A stretch of DNA of 64,000 nucleotides from Octopus bimaculoides (Eukaryota), in the NCBI RefSeq assembly GCF_001194135.2, contig NC_068984.1:19204881-19268880 (forward strand), in the 5' to 3' direction. Numbering within the stretch: position 1 is the first letter of the stretch; each line of letters starts with the position of its first letter. Both the position numbers and the translations under genes were made by a program. The notes under the pieces are model-generated. The model had not been told where the DNA came from. It ran no database searches and saw only the letters and a program-made list of their open reading frames with translations. Of this stretch, positions 1 through 11,411 are shown one piece after another.

Positions 1-215
1 GAGCGTGGCCGTTTTCGTGCGGGTGACACGTAAAAGCACCCACTACACTCTCTGAGTGGTTGGCGTTAGGAAGGGCATCCAGCTGTAGAAACTCTGCCAA
101 ATCAGACTGGAGCCTGGTGTTGCCATCCGGTTTCACCAGTCCTCAGTCAAATCGTCCAACCCATGCTAGCATGGAAAGCGGACGTTAAACGATGATGATG
201 ATGATGATGATGATG
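1..215 (+). mobile_element. RTE-type LINE/SINE 3' end with (GAT)n tail
   Basis: Ends in catgctagcatggaaagcggacgttaaac(gat)n. The last ~90 nt are identical to 42737-42820, and related tails occur throughout the window. Confidence 0.8.
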
Positions 216-1003
216 ATATATATATATATATATATATATACTTTTAATCTTTTATTTGTTTCAGTCATTTGACTATGGCCATGCTGGAACACTGCCTTTG
301 GCCGAACAAATCGACCCCAGAACTTATTCCTTGTAAGCCTAGTACTTATTCTATCAGTCTCTTTTGCCAAACCGCTAAGTTATGGGGACGTAAATACCCC
401 AGCATTGGTTGTCAAGCGATGGTAGGGGGATAAGATGCAGGGTAGATTTCCAATAACAAACATACATACACACACACATTTATTGTTGGCTGTCAGAAAA
501 AGGAGCACTCAATAACATATATTTTTTTAATCTTTTACTTGTTTCGGTTATTTGACTGTCGCAATGCTATGTCACTGCCTTGAAGGGTGTCAGTTGAACA
601 AATCAACCACAGGACTTATTTTTTTAAAGTCTAGTACTTATTCTATCAGGCCCTTTTGCTGAATCACTAAGTTATGAGGACGTAAACACACCAACAGACA
701 CACACACACATAAATTGGAGTCAACTAGAAGGAGTACGGTTGGACATTCACTTTTAATCATTACAATGCATGGAAACAATTGTAGTGATTTAAAGATGAA
801 TGCCCACCCACACTCCTTTTGATTCCAATTTTTTCAAATACACACACACATACATACACATAGACTCTGAAAAGCTGAAAGGCAAAGTTGACCATGGTAG
901 GATTTGAACTCAGAAAGCAGAGGTATTTTATCCAATGCCAAATGACTCTGCCAATTTCCAGTGTCTGTGGATAAAATGTAGAACTTAAATAAATGTAATT
1001 CAC

Positions 1004-1040
1004 AATGAATATTTGCAGCACAGCAGCAAAGTAGTAGAAG
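1004..1040 (-). CDS. SYNE1: Tentative 37-nt nesprin micro-exon
   Basis: Acceptor aatttttcag|CTT, donor T|GTGAAT, phase 0-1. Encodes LLLLCCCAANIH, which keeps the LLxxCxxxI spacing of nesprin MKLLGECSSSID expected next (recall). Confidence 0.4.
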
Positions 1041-1897
1041 CTGAAAAATTGAAGTCTTTTTTTTTTTTTATTATTTATATGAAGGTAATCAATCCTGCTA
1101 CTTGTCCTGCAATATCAAATCTGTTATTAAAAGTTTTCAGACATATCATGTCACATATTAGGTGATGTCAGACATAGGTGTCCTTTGTATTGCAGCATAG
1201 ACATCGGAAGTAGTTTTAGATGTATAGAAATGTTCAAATACTAATGGTTTCTATGAATTCTTTTAATCTTATTTGTTGTTTGAACATGGAAATGGAGAAG
1301 AAAAAATATAATAATTATACTTACTGGAGACCTCCTGATCGACTGCATTAATCGATGTGAGGCCAGGCCTAGCCTTAATCTGGCTATAAACTTCTGACAC
1401 ATTATCCACACTATCTTGACAGTCAGACATTATCTTAATCTGAAGAAAAACACATCAAGAAAAATATATTAATACATACATATAAACATCTATCATTCTT
1501 ACTGTCTTAAGATAAATAGCAATAAATATAGGAATTACAAACCTATGAATTGTCATGTGATTTTTATTGATATGAATTGACCAAAAGAATATTACTATAT
1601 AAGCAATACTTGCTTATAATGACCATACATTAAAGATTTCTTAAGAGGCAAGCAAAAAAATGTAGTTTCACCATTTAATACCATTTCTTTAATCAAAATT
1701 ACTAAAGAGGATATCACAGGAAAAATTCTCAAATTTTTGTACCCCTATTCTCTTTGGTTGTAATCCTTTTGAAACTGATTTTGATTGTCATCCCATTATG
1801 CCAACTGAATTTAAGATTTTAGCCATGCCTTTAAAAAAATTGGTATATTTTTTAAAAAAGGGAAAAAGAAAACTTTGTGTAAAATTGATTTACTTAC

Positions 1898-2082
1898 GTA
1901 GTCTCTTGTCTCATGATCCAGTTCTGGGCCAACTGGAGTTTGACATCTCAATTGCTCTTCTCCAATAACCATCTTTTGTGCACAGTTTTCCAGAGCAGAA
2001 AGCATTTTTTCAAGAGAAGCTTCCATTTCAGCATTTTGATTTACCTCAAGCAGTTCAATACGTATTTTGTTTCGGTGATCAT
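1898..2082 (-). CDS. SYNE1: Nesprin-1-like exon following the adaptive domain
   Basis: Acceptor atttttcaacag|AT, donor TAC|GTAAGT, phase 1-0. Encodes DDHRNKIRIELLEV..EEQLRCQTPVGPELDHETRDY, matching nesprin-1 RSKTPTGPELDTSYKGY (recall). Confidence 0.88.
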
Positions 2083-2149
2083 CTGTTGAAAAATATAATT
2101 CTAGAAAACAGAGAAGATTGATAATGATGATTGAATGAAGGAATGTGTG

Positions 2150-2725
2150 TAAGTTATTATTAAGTTTTATTTCAAGATTTCTTGGCAATAGAGAAAGAGC
2201 CAGTTTCTAACCAAGATCCAAGGCTCCTTCAATGGAATTTCAACATCAACAGCAGGGTATTTGTGCATGCATGTATGTGCAGTATTTGGAATCAGTGCAT
2301 GTGCAGATTTGTATGTTTTGTTTAATGTATGTATTCTCATGTATAAAGTTGCATGTCTAGACATGCACATATATACCTAAATGCTAAACTTCTGGAAAGT
2401 TCTACAAATTTTTACAGTTCCATTGATGGTTTGAATCTGTAATCTTCGAATTAGATTTCTCTTTTCTGGTTTTGAGAAACCTAATTTCTCAAAATTGGTG
2501 CTTAGGCAGCTTGTTACATATCCCAATGCCCCAACAAATACAGGTATAAACCTGAACTTGTAATCTGGGTAGAGTGACTGTAAATCTCTCAATAGTTCAG
2601 TTGATGTGTTTCCTTTTTCACTGATCTTTAGCTTTATGCTGACATTTGCTGGGCAGCTCATTTCCACTGCTGTACATAGTTTCTCTTCTCTGTTCCAAAT
2701 TACTATGTCTGGTCTATGATGTTTA
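2150..2725 (-). mobile_element. 5'-truncated non-LTR retrotransposon, restriction-enzyme-like endonuclease clade (R4/NeSL-like)
   Basis: ORF 2377-2667 (EMSCPANVSIK..SEK..YPDYKFRFIPVFVGALG..) resembles the C-terminal REL endonuclease region with its IPxxxGALG motif. It is followed by a 3' UTR-like segment and an AAT-rich tail. Confidence 0.7.
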
Positions 2726-2831
2726 CATTTTATTTAGGTTTTCATTAGGACATTCCACCAGTAATCTTTCAGCCATGTACTTGTGTGCATGTGCATGTGT
2801 GTGTGTGCATGCACCTGTGTGAGAGTGCATG

Positions 2832-2872
<41 letters not shown>

Positions 2873-3687
2873 GTGTGTGTATGTGTGTAATAAGAGAAAT
2901 TTATTTTCAGCAAAGACAAGTCATACCATCTGATATGGCTTGGTCACATATGGTTATATTGGATGTTATGTTTTGGAGTTCCTACTTCCTAATAGAAAAT
3001 GAAGACCATGCAACTACATTGATGTTATTGGCCAAGACTCACTGCATGGAACTGAGGACCTACCAAAGCTAATGGGGGACAGAGGTCTCTAGTGCAGTGT
3101 GGTGAAATGCATCTTGGTCACAGGTACTTGAGATGTATCACAAAGAATTACAAGTATCTCAACTGATATATCACAGGTTCCAATTCAGACATTTGTACTG
3201 AATTGCACTATGACCTTAAGCAAGTTATTTTATAATCTTTCCTTCAATATATTGGTAAAATCTTTCCCAGTTCTATCTAACATGTAAAATAATAGGTCCT
3301 CTGGCATATTTTTGTAACCATGAACACCTGAATGAAGCTTATGCATGAATCTCAAATTTCTTACTCACTTCATTATGGGAAGATTGTGAACTTTAAAGAA
3401 GTAAAAAGAAGTGTGTAAAAATAATGTATGACGAAAATATAGATTTTTCATGAAAGTCATGCAAATTATTTGTAATTTAATTTAATCCTAAGAACATCTA
3501 ATTGAGGAAACATAGACACCAACAAAACTTATTAAAAAGATAATGCAGACGATATTAGGTTATAAAATAAGAGAATGAAAGATAAAACTGAGTACCTGAT
3601 GGTGTTTTAAATGAATTTTTGTATTATTATATTATATTGATGTATAATTTTATCACAACACATCGACAGCATCGTTTTATTGGGTGT

Positions 3688-3937
3688 ATAATGATGATGA
3701 TGATGATGATGATGATAGCAGTGGTGATGGTGGTGGTAGTGATAATAATGATAATGATGCCTCTATTGCTTACAACAAGGATGATAATGATGATGATGAT
3801 GTGAATGATGACATTGAGGTTGGTGATGGTGCCACCAATGACAAAAATATTAACGACACTGCTGCTGACAATGACAATGTTGATGATGATGATGATGTAC
3901 ATGATGTACATGATGATGATGATGATGATGATGATAG

Positions 3938-3966
<29 letters not shown>
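3688..3966. repeat. Degenerate (GAT)n trinucleotide array
   Basis: About 280 nt of GAT/GGT/AAT triplets, directly visible. Confidence 0.9.
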
Positions 3967-3968
<2 letters not shown>

Positions 3969-4789
3969 ATAAGTTCATGTATGAAGGAACAAAAAAAAAA
4001 CAACACAAGGAAACAATCAATATCTATAAAGAAATTAAAAATGAAAGATTTGATTTATGATATGTTCACTAAACACTTTAATTCTTAGTTTTGTTGGTTG
4101 ATTGTTCTTTTGATATTTCTTCTTTTTTTTTTTTTCCGGAACATTTCAAATGGAAACTAATCTAAACATTGTTGTAAACACAGAAGTTGAACAAAAATGA
4201 CGGAAACTGACTGCTGTCAAGCTACCATCTCATTAATATATCTTCTGCCAGTTGACTGAGAAACATATAAAAGGATCGTGAATTATTATTACGTTGCTAT
4301 GATATCGATGATAATGATGATGATAATGATAATCATAATCATCATCATCATCATCGTCATCGTCATCGTCATCAGCATGAACATCATGGCAACAAAACGC
4401 CAAAACTCTAGACTGAAAAGATTATTGGGTAAAAATAAGTTCATTTTGTTTTCAAATTTTAAAACAAAAATAGAAAAAAATTTTTTTAAGCTGTGCTCGA
4501 CTTGTTAAAGCAATTTTACATTTTTGTTATTTTCATCAGAATTGTTATCTTTAGGGCATTAACAGATTTTTGTGAATGGAATTTTTTAATGAAAACTGTA
4601 AAGAAGCCTGTCACACTCATACACATATATAAACATATTAATATACACTACGTCAGCTGTATGGTATATATTTCTTCAATATGTAATATCAAGTACAATA
4701 TTTTTATTCCATTTTAACATTTATTTAGATTTCAATTGCTGAAGAAAATGTAATAAGAAGTCCAATATTAAAGCACATATGATGGTTAT

Positions 4790-6512
4790 TTGAATAAAAC
4801 CCTTAGCATTGGACCTCACAGAGGCAAAGTGGCTGAGTTCCTTTCGAGTCTAGGGCCTCACAGAGGCAATGACCAAGACCTTTGGCATTATGTTGTGCTT
4901 GAGAAGAAGACCCGTCAAGCTGAGCAAAATCATAGCCATGGCAGATACCAGTGTCACGCAAATGGCACCCATGTCAGTGGCACATAGAAACACCCATTAC
5001 ACTCTCGGATTGGTTGGCATCCCTTTCGTTACCAAACCGCCCAAAGCCGCCCGAAAAAAATTTTGGTTCATGTGACCAAGCCGCCCAAAACCGCCCGTAA
5101 TCACCTATTCATATTTAAATGAGAATATCTGAGCAAATCTCGTTAGTACATTCGTGAAAACACGTGATTATTTGTGTAAACAGTTCAGCTATAGTTTTGT
5201 ACAACAATCGACGTGTTTTTTTAATTTTGTGAATTTTGGGAGATTTTTTTCCAAATTTGTTCCTGTTGTGTTTTCAAAATTTGTAATCCTGACAAAAAAA
5301 TGGATACGAATTTTATTCTGTCAAGCAGCGAGTCAGAATTCGAAGGATTTNNNNNNNNNNNNNNNNNNNNNNNNNNNNNNNNNNNNNNNNNNNNNNNNNN
5401 NNNNNNNNNNNNNNNNNNNNNNNNNNNNNNNNNNNNNNNNNNNNNNNNNNNNNNNNNNNNNNNNNNNNNNNNNNNNNNNNNNNNNNNNNNNNNNNNNNNN
5501 NNNNNNNNNNNNNNNNNNNNNNNNNNNNNNNNNNNNNNNNNNNNNNNNNNNNNNNNNNNNNNNNNNNNNNNNNNNNNNNNNNNNNNNNNNNNNNNNNNNN
5601 NNNNNNNNNNNNNNNNNNNNNNNNNNNNNNNNNNNNNNNNNNNNNNNNNNNNNNNNNNNNNNNNNNNNNNNNNNNNNNNNNNNNNNNNNNNNNNNNNNNN
5701 NNNNNNNNNNNNNNNNNNNNNNNNNNNNNNNNNNNNNNNNNNNNNNNNNNNNNNNNNNNNNNNNNNNNNNNNNNNNNNNNNNNNNNNNNNNNNNNNNNNN
5801 NNNNNNNNNNNNNNNNNNNNNNNNNNNNNNNNNNNNNNNNNNNNNNNNNNNNNNNNNNNNNNNNNNNNNNNNNNNNNNNNNNNNNNNNNNNNNNNNNNNN
5901 NNNNNNNNNNNNNNNNNNNNNNNNNNNNNNNNNNNNNNNNNNNNNNNNNNNNNNNNNNNNNNNNNNNNNNNNNNNNNNNNNNNNNNNNNNNNNNNNNNNN
6001 NNNNNNNNNNNNNNNNNNNNNNNNNNNNNNNNNNNNNNNTAAATCCAGTAATGTGCACAACTCTTCTATAATAATATTTTGTTGTATACCCAATTGAATA
6101 TTAGCTAATAACCCATTTTCTGTAGCGATGTTTGAACAAAAATTTTAATAATTTTATATTTTGTTGAATTTACCTGTATTTACCTGTAATTAAAGTCACT
6201 TTGTGACAAAAATTTTGGTATAGAATTGGTTGAGAACCTTTCGTTAATTTATCTTCCAAAAATCACATTAATATGTTGATAAATAAAAAAGTTAGAGTTG
6301 TTTAATGAAACCAGCCTAAATTTATGATTATGTTAGAAATTAATTGAAACACATAAGGGGTGTAATTTGGTTAGAAATATGGTAACGAAAGGGCTGGCAT
6401 CCAGCCATAGAAAACCATGCCAAATCAGACTGGAGCCTTCCAGCTTACCAGCCCTGGTCAAACCGCCCAACCCGTGCCAGCATAGACAACAGATGTTAAA
6501 TGATGATGATGA
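4790..6512 (+). mobile_element. RTE-tail short element interrupted by a TIR transposon
   Basis: 4790-5020 and 6394-6512 are collinear with the intact family member at 28030-28440 (opposite strand), which ends in a (GAT)n tail. Confidence 0.7.
5021..6393 (+). mobile_element. piggyBac-like DNA transposon derivative; interior mostly an N gap
   Basis: Perfect 13-bp TIRs ccctttcgttacc / ggtaacgaaaggg, subterminal aaccgccc repeats, and an ATG at 5300 giving acidic MDTNFILSSSESEFEGF before the gap. Confidence 0.7.
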
Positions 6513-7739
6513 TGATATATATATGTATGTATGTGTGTGTGTGTGCATGCATATGAATGCTGAGATTCCATAGCTTGTCTTATTGTCAAAGTGAAATGGT
6601 GATTTGATGTTTGCACTCTTTGTTGACATAATGATTGATTAGTCTACTGCTTCAAATAAGTTCCTATCCAACCCATGCAAGTATGTAAAAATGAATGATA
6701 AATGAATGAACAAATGAACTGATATAAAGTTTGATGACAATATTTCTTTTAAGCTGAAGAACTTGTAAACTAATTTTAATGGTCATTTTAGAACTCTCTT
6801 AGATTATTTTGATTTTGTATTTGGTTAACAATATTCTTTATCTGAACTTATGTATTGAAGCATATTTTGTTGTATCTTGAGAAGGTCATTATGTGAATAA
6901 CAAACATATGTACTGGTTCTATTTTACTTTTTATTTGTCAATTGGTTAATTACCTAATCAATTAACTAAACAACTAATTAATCATTCAGTCAATCAATCA
7001 CTCAGTTAAGTCTGTCAAAGTCCTTTCATCGCTATTCATGACCTCTTCAATGACATGCCTTCTCTACTCCAGGACTGTCGGTCTGTTTCCCCTTAAATTC
7101 TTTTTCATAAGATTTACATTCTATTCACCACAATTTCAATAGCATCATAATTCAACTGCTAAAAGAAGAGATACTACAAGATGAATTACAATGACAATAA
7201 AATTCTGTGTTAGATTGTTAAAGTTTTTGAGACATCCTATTGAAAATGATTCTATTTAAAACACCTTTGCATTATTCATCAACACCTTCATATAATGTGA
7301 GGTTGCCAAGAATCTCCTCTTTCATAAAACACCTGTGCTTGTTGCTCTATTTTACTTTAGTCTCTCAACACCTGGTTTAAAATCACTTCCCTCAAATCAA
7401 ATACTACTCCACCAACTTAGGCAGGGGGTGGTGCATTTTCCTTTTCTTTACTTATCTTGCAAGTTACCTGTAGCCCTCACTAGTGCTGGCAGTATGAAAA
7501 CAATTACACAGAGCATTAGGAAAGGCATCCAACATGTAGTTACACTAGTCAATCCATTTCTTATTGTCCCTATTTAACTTCATTCCCATATCTTAAGCAA
7601 AACAAAAATTGTTGCTTCATTGAAATTTCAAAACAGCTTAAATTTCTCACATTCTTTATGAAAGAAGGAAAAGTTCATCATAGTGAATTTAAAAATGGTT
7701 AATGGTGATAGAGAAGAAGAAACTTTTATGAATAATTAC

Positions 7740-7805
7740 CAGAAGAAAATTGATCAGGTGGGCTTTGAACAAACCTACTTTCTTGCACTGGACTGTCTCG
7801 GATAT
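7740..7805 (-). CDS. SYNE1: Putative 66-nt symmetric cassette exon, copy A
   Basis: Acceptor tttttctttttttgattcttaccaag|AT, donor G|GTAATT, phase 1-1, open. Encodes DIRDSPVQESRFVQSPPDQFSS. Confidence 0.6.
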
Positions 7806-9254
7806 CTTGGTAAGAATCAAAAAAAGAAAAATTTGCTAATGTTGTGTCTACTGAAGCAATTCTTCATCAGAATATATTATCATTAAAACTTTTTACAAAT
7901 TTAAATAAGAGACAAACAGATAAGGATTGGCAACAGGGAGTGCATCTGATCTTAAAATGCTGCCTCAAATTGAATCCATGCCAGTATAGAAAAATGGACA
8001 TCACTTGCATATTAAAAAAAGATCAGAACAATATTTCTTTAAGACTGAAAAACTGATAATAGTTTTTTTTTTGTTTTTTTTTAGATATTCTTATGCAGGT
8101 TATTTTCATAAATGTTATATTTCTTTTCACTGTCTTATTTGTGAGGTTTCATGATGTAAAATTTCCACGAAGAAAAAGTAATACAAGGAAAGGGAAAAAT
8201 AAAACCCAGAAAACCAGATAGGAACAATACTGCAATGACCAATTTCAATAACATTTAAATTTAGGTATTAATAAAAAAAAAAAAAGAAAGAAAAAGAAAG
8301 AAAAAGAGATACTATAAGGTGAACTATAATAAAAATTGTTAAAGTCTGAGACATCCCATGCTTATTCCACTGTTATACTTTAGCCTTTTAATACCTGGTA
8401 TAAAATCAACTCCCCCCCCCACCATCATATACTGTGCCCACCACTTAGTTAAGGGATCTTTTTCCATTTTCCTGATCTCTTCTCTTCTTGCAAGCCACTT
8501 GGTAACCTCATTAGGGCTGGTGGTATGAAAGCAAATACTCAGCACAAATTGTAAAGTGACTGGCATTAGGAAGGGCATCCAGCTGTTGAAATCAAGCCAA
8601 AGCTGACATTGGAGCTAGATTCTGTCACGCCATCCAACACATACCAGCATAGAAAACAGACATTAAATGATGATGATGATGATGATTGTCTTCACAACTG
8701 ACATTGTAATCTAGAATTTCACTCACTGGCTAGCAGGATATATAGTTTGGTAAAAAAATGAAATGAAGAACTCAAATTTTAGATTTGCAGGTTATTCTAA
8801 GAATAGAAGTGTTAAGATTCTGTTTCATATTGCTGACTGAAGAGCTCCAACAATCACATTAGCAGCATCAATGATCAACTAGATGCTTATTCAATCTGCT
8901 AGAAATAGTAACCAAACCTCCCTCATACCACATTTATACTATTTTAAAAACATAAGGATTATTTTGCATAAAGTATATCTAGACACACTATGTCAGAAAT
9001 AAAAGATGAGATTGTCTTAAATTATTACGAGAAGGCAAGTTGCATGTTTCTTGCATGTATAGTTACATCCATCAATCTATTTTACCTCAGACCCACATCC
9101 TAGGCAAGACAAAAATTGCTACAAAAGCTTTTTTCTTCATTGTAATTTCAAAACAAATTTCTCACATTCTCCATGAGAGAAAGAAAAGTTCATCTTAGTG
9201 AATTTATAAATTGTTAATTGTGATGGAGAAGAAGAAACTTTTATGAATAATTAC

Positions 9255-9320
9255 CAGAAGAAAATTGATCAGGTGGCCTTTGAATAAACCTGCTTTCTAA
9301 CACTGGACTGTCTCGGGTAT
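9255..9320 (-). CDS. SYNE1: Putative 66-nt symmetric cassette exon, copy B
   Basis: Acceptor ttttcttttattgaattttatcaag|AT, donor G|GTAATT, phase 1-1, open. Encodes DTRDSPVLESRFIQRPPDQFSS. Confidence 0.6.
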
Positions 9321-10614
9321 CTTGATAAAATTCAATAAAAGAAAATTTATTAATGTTGTGTCTACTGAAGCAATTCTTCATCAGAATATATTATCATTAT
9401 ATTATCAAAATTTTTTTACAAATTAAAAAAAAAAAAGAAGAAATAAACAGATAAGGGTTGACAACAGGAAGTACATCTAATCTTAAAATGCTGCCTCAAG
9501 TTGGATCCATGTCAATATAGAAAAATGGACATTAATTGTGCATAAAAAAGGATCATACTGAAAAATTGATTAGTTTTTTTTATTTTCTTATTTAGATCAT
9601 TTTCATAAACAGTATATTCCCTTTCACTGTCTTATTTTGAGGTTTACATGATGTAAAATTTCCACCAAGGAGGAATAAATAAAGTGAAAACAAAAAAAAT
9701 AATAAACCTCACAAAACTAAATAGGAACAATATCGCTACATCCAAATTCAATAACGTCATAGTTTAGCCACAAACAAAAAGAGTTACTACAAGATGTACT
9801 ACAGTAAAATTCTGTGTCCGAATATTAAAACTGTTGAGACATCCTGTCAAAATGATTCTATTTTAAATAACTTTGCATCATTCATCACCCTACCCTCACA
9901 ATCCACATTGTATTCTAGAATTACAATGACAAGACATAATGTGTAATAAAAAATTATATGAAAGAGCTATATTCGTATTTATGGATTGTTCTAAATATAG
10001 ATGTATAAATGTTCTATTCGATATTGCTGAGTGAAAAGGTCTAACCATAATAATTAGCAGGGTGCAATGAATAACTAAATGGCAAATAAACCTGTTAGAA
10101 ATAGCAACCAAATCTCCCTCATATCCCATGTGCAGTCTTGAAAAGGTTACAGTACACTAAATAATGTAGTTCTTGATATATTATGTCTGAAATTTGAGAG
10201 AGGATGGTCATGTTTGGAATATCTTTGATCATGCCTCTGAATCAGGATTACTCTGAGCTAAACAACAGCAGCAGCAGCACTGTCAACAGCAGCAACAACA
10301 ACCAAGTACAAGTGAGATCCACACTGGAGTACTACTCATATCATAATAGTATCAACAATTTCTAGCTAACTTTTCTTTTCCATGATAATCCTGTTAATAT
10401 TTCAAGAAGAACATTTCCCAAGGTCTTATTTTGGAATAAAACATACTTATTTTGATTAATAACTAGGTTTAATTTCCTTCATTTCACTCATAACTTTGGC
10501 AAAACAAAAATATTTACAATGTTCCTTTTTATCCCTTTCTAATTTCAAGGCAATTTCAAATTTTTTTTCTTCAAATTTCTGAACCCTCTAAGTCACACAT
10601 TTCATATCTACTGT

Positions 10615-10935
10615 CTTAGTGAAATTGTGTGGCTTAATGCTCAGAGTATTTGACTCAGGGTCATATGATCATGGGTTTAATTCCTGGCAGTGCACTGTAT
10701 CCTTGAGCAAGATACTTTATTTCACATTACTCCAGTCCATTCAGCTGGAGAAATGAGTTTGTACCTGTAATTCAAAGGGGCCAGCCTTGTCACATTCTGT
10801 GCTGTTATGAATCTCCCTGAGAGTATACATGTCTGTGGAGTGCTCAGCCACTTGCATGTTAATTTTACGAGCAGGCTGTTTCATTGCTTGGATCAACTGG
10901 AACCCTCATTGTCATAACTGACGGAGTGTCAGTCA
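10615..10935 (+). mobile_element. tRNA-derived SINE
   Basis: Degenerate A/B boxes (tggcttaatgc.., gggtttaattcc) and a body shared with 18080-18255, 57310-57630 (minus strand) and 62085-62400. Confidence 0.75.
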
Positions 10936-11314
10936 TCAACCGTATTAAGAATGTAAGGATGCATTGAACAATCTAGTCTTGGGATGTCCTTGAACTATTA
11001 GGAACTGGCAAGTTGCATATATCCCTTCCATCCAGATACACCCATCACACACTTATCTTATTACCCCTATTCTACCTTACACCCATATCCTAGGTAAACA
11101 AAATAAAAGTTTACAAAATTATTTGCCTTCTTTCTAATTCCAAAGTGTTTTCTAATTTTCCTTCATAATTTTCTGACAACTTTTTCTTTCTAATTTCAAA
11201 ACAATTTTTTTTCTAAATTTATACAACTTTTGATAACGAAAAGTAAAAGGGATTGATGGGAAATACAGAGCTGTTGAAGATAATGGAGAAGATGGTAAGT
11301 TTGTAAATAATTAC

Positions 11315-11411
11315 CAATTCGTTGTAGGGTAACCTTATTTTCTGGTTGTGGTCTTTCAAGCACCAAATGTCGATAATCTTGGTCATATGGAGAAGTGTGA
11401 GGTTGATCAAA
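11315..11411 (-). CDS. SYNE1: Nesprin-1-like exon, short adaptive-domain-equivalent segment
   Basis: Not in the ORF track. Acceptor ctcttttactag|TTT, donor G|GTAATT, 97 nt, phase 0-1. Encodes FDQPHTSPYDQDYRHLVLERPQPENKVTLQRI. It bridges the phase-0 end at 15119 to the phase-1 start at 2082. Confidence 0.72.

Noticed and set aside
2200-2260. Peptide PAVDVEIPLKEPW, resembling nesprin-2 DV23 (DVEIP) and SVDSIPLEW
   Set aside because: There is no AG acceptor (TTG instead), no phase-compatible donor, and a stop follows. It lies in the apparent 3' UTR of the LINE fragment, so it is most likely coincidence.
3684-4088. 134-aa poly-Asp ORF
   Set aside because: It is a translation of a (GAT)n microsatellite, antisense to the gene, with no supporting gene structure.
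5154-6097. Long ORFs of 240-305 aa
   Set aside because: They are artefacts of N runs. The same applies to ORFs crossing gaps at 14113, 32793, 35696, 40801, 42859 and 51420.
7806-7850. Longer 111-nt version of cassette exon A using the upstream cttcag acceptor
   Set aside because: The equivalent extension is out of frame in copy B and has a weaker pyrimidine tract, so the 66-nt form is favoured.
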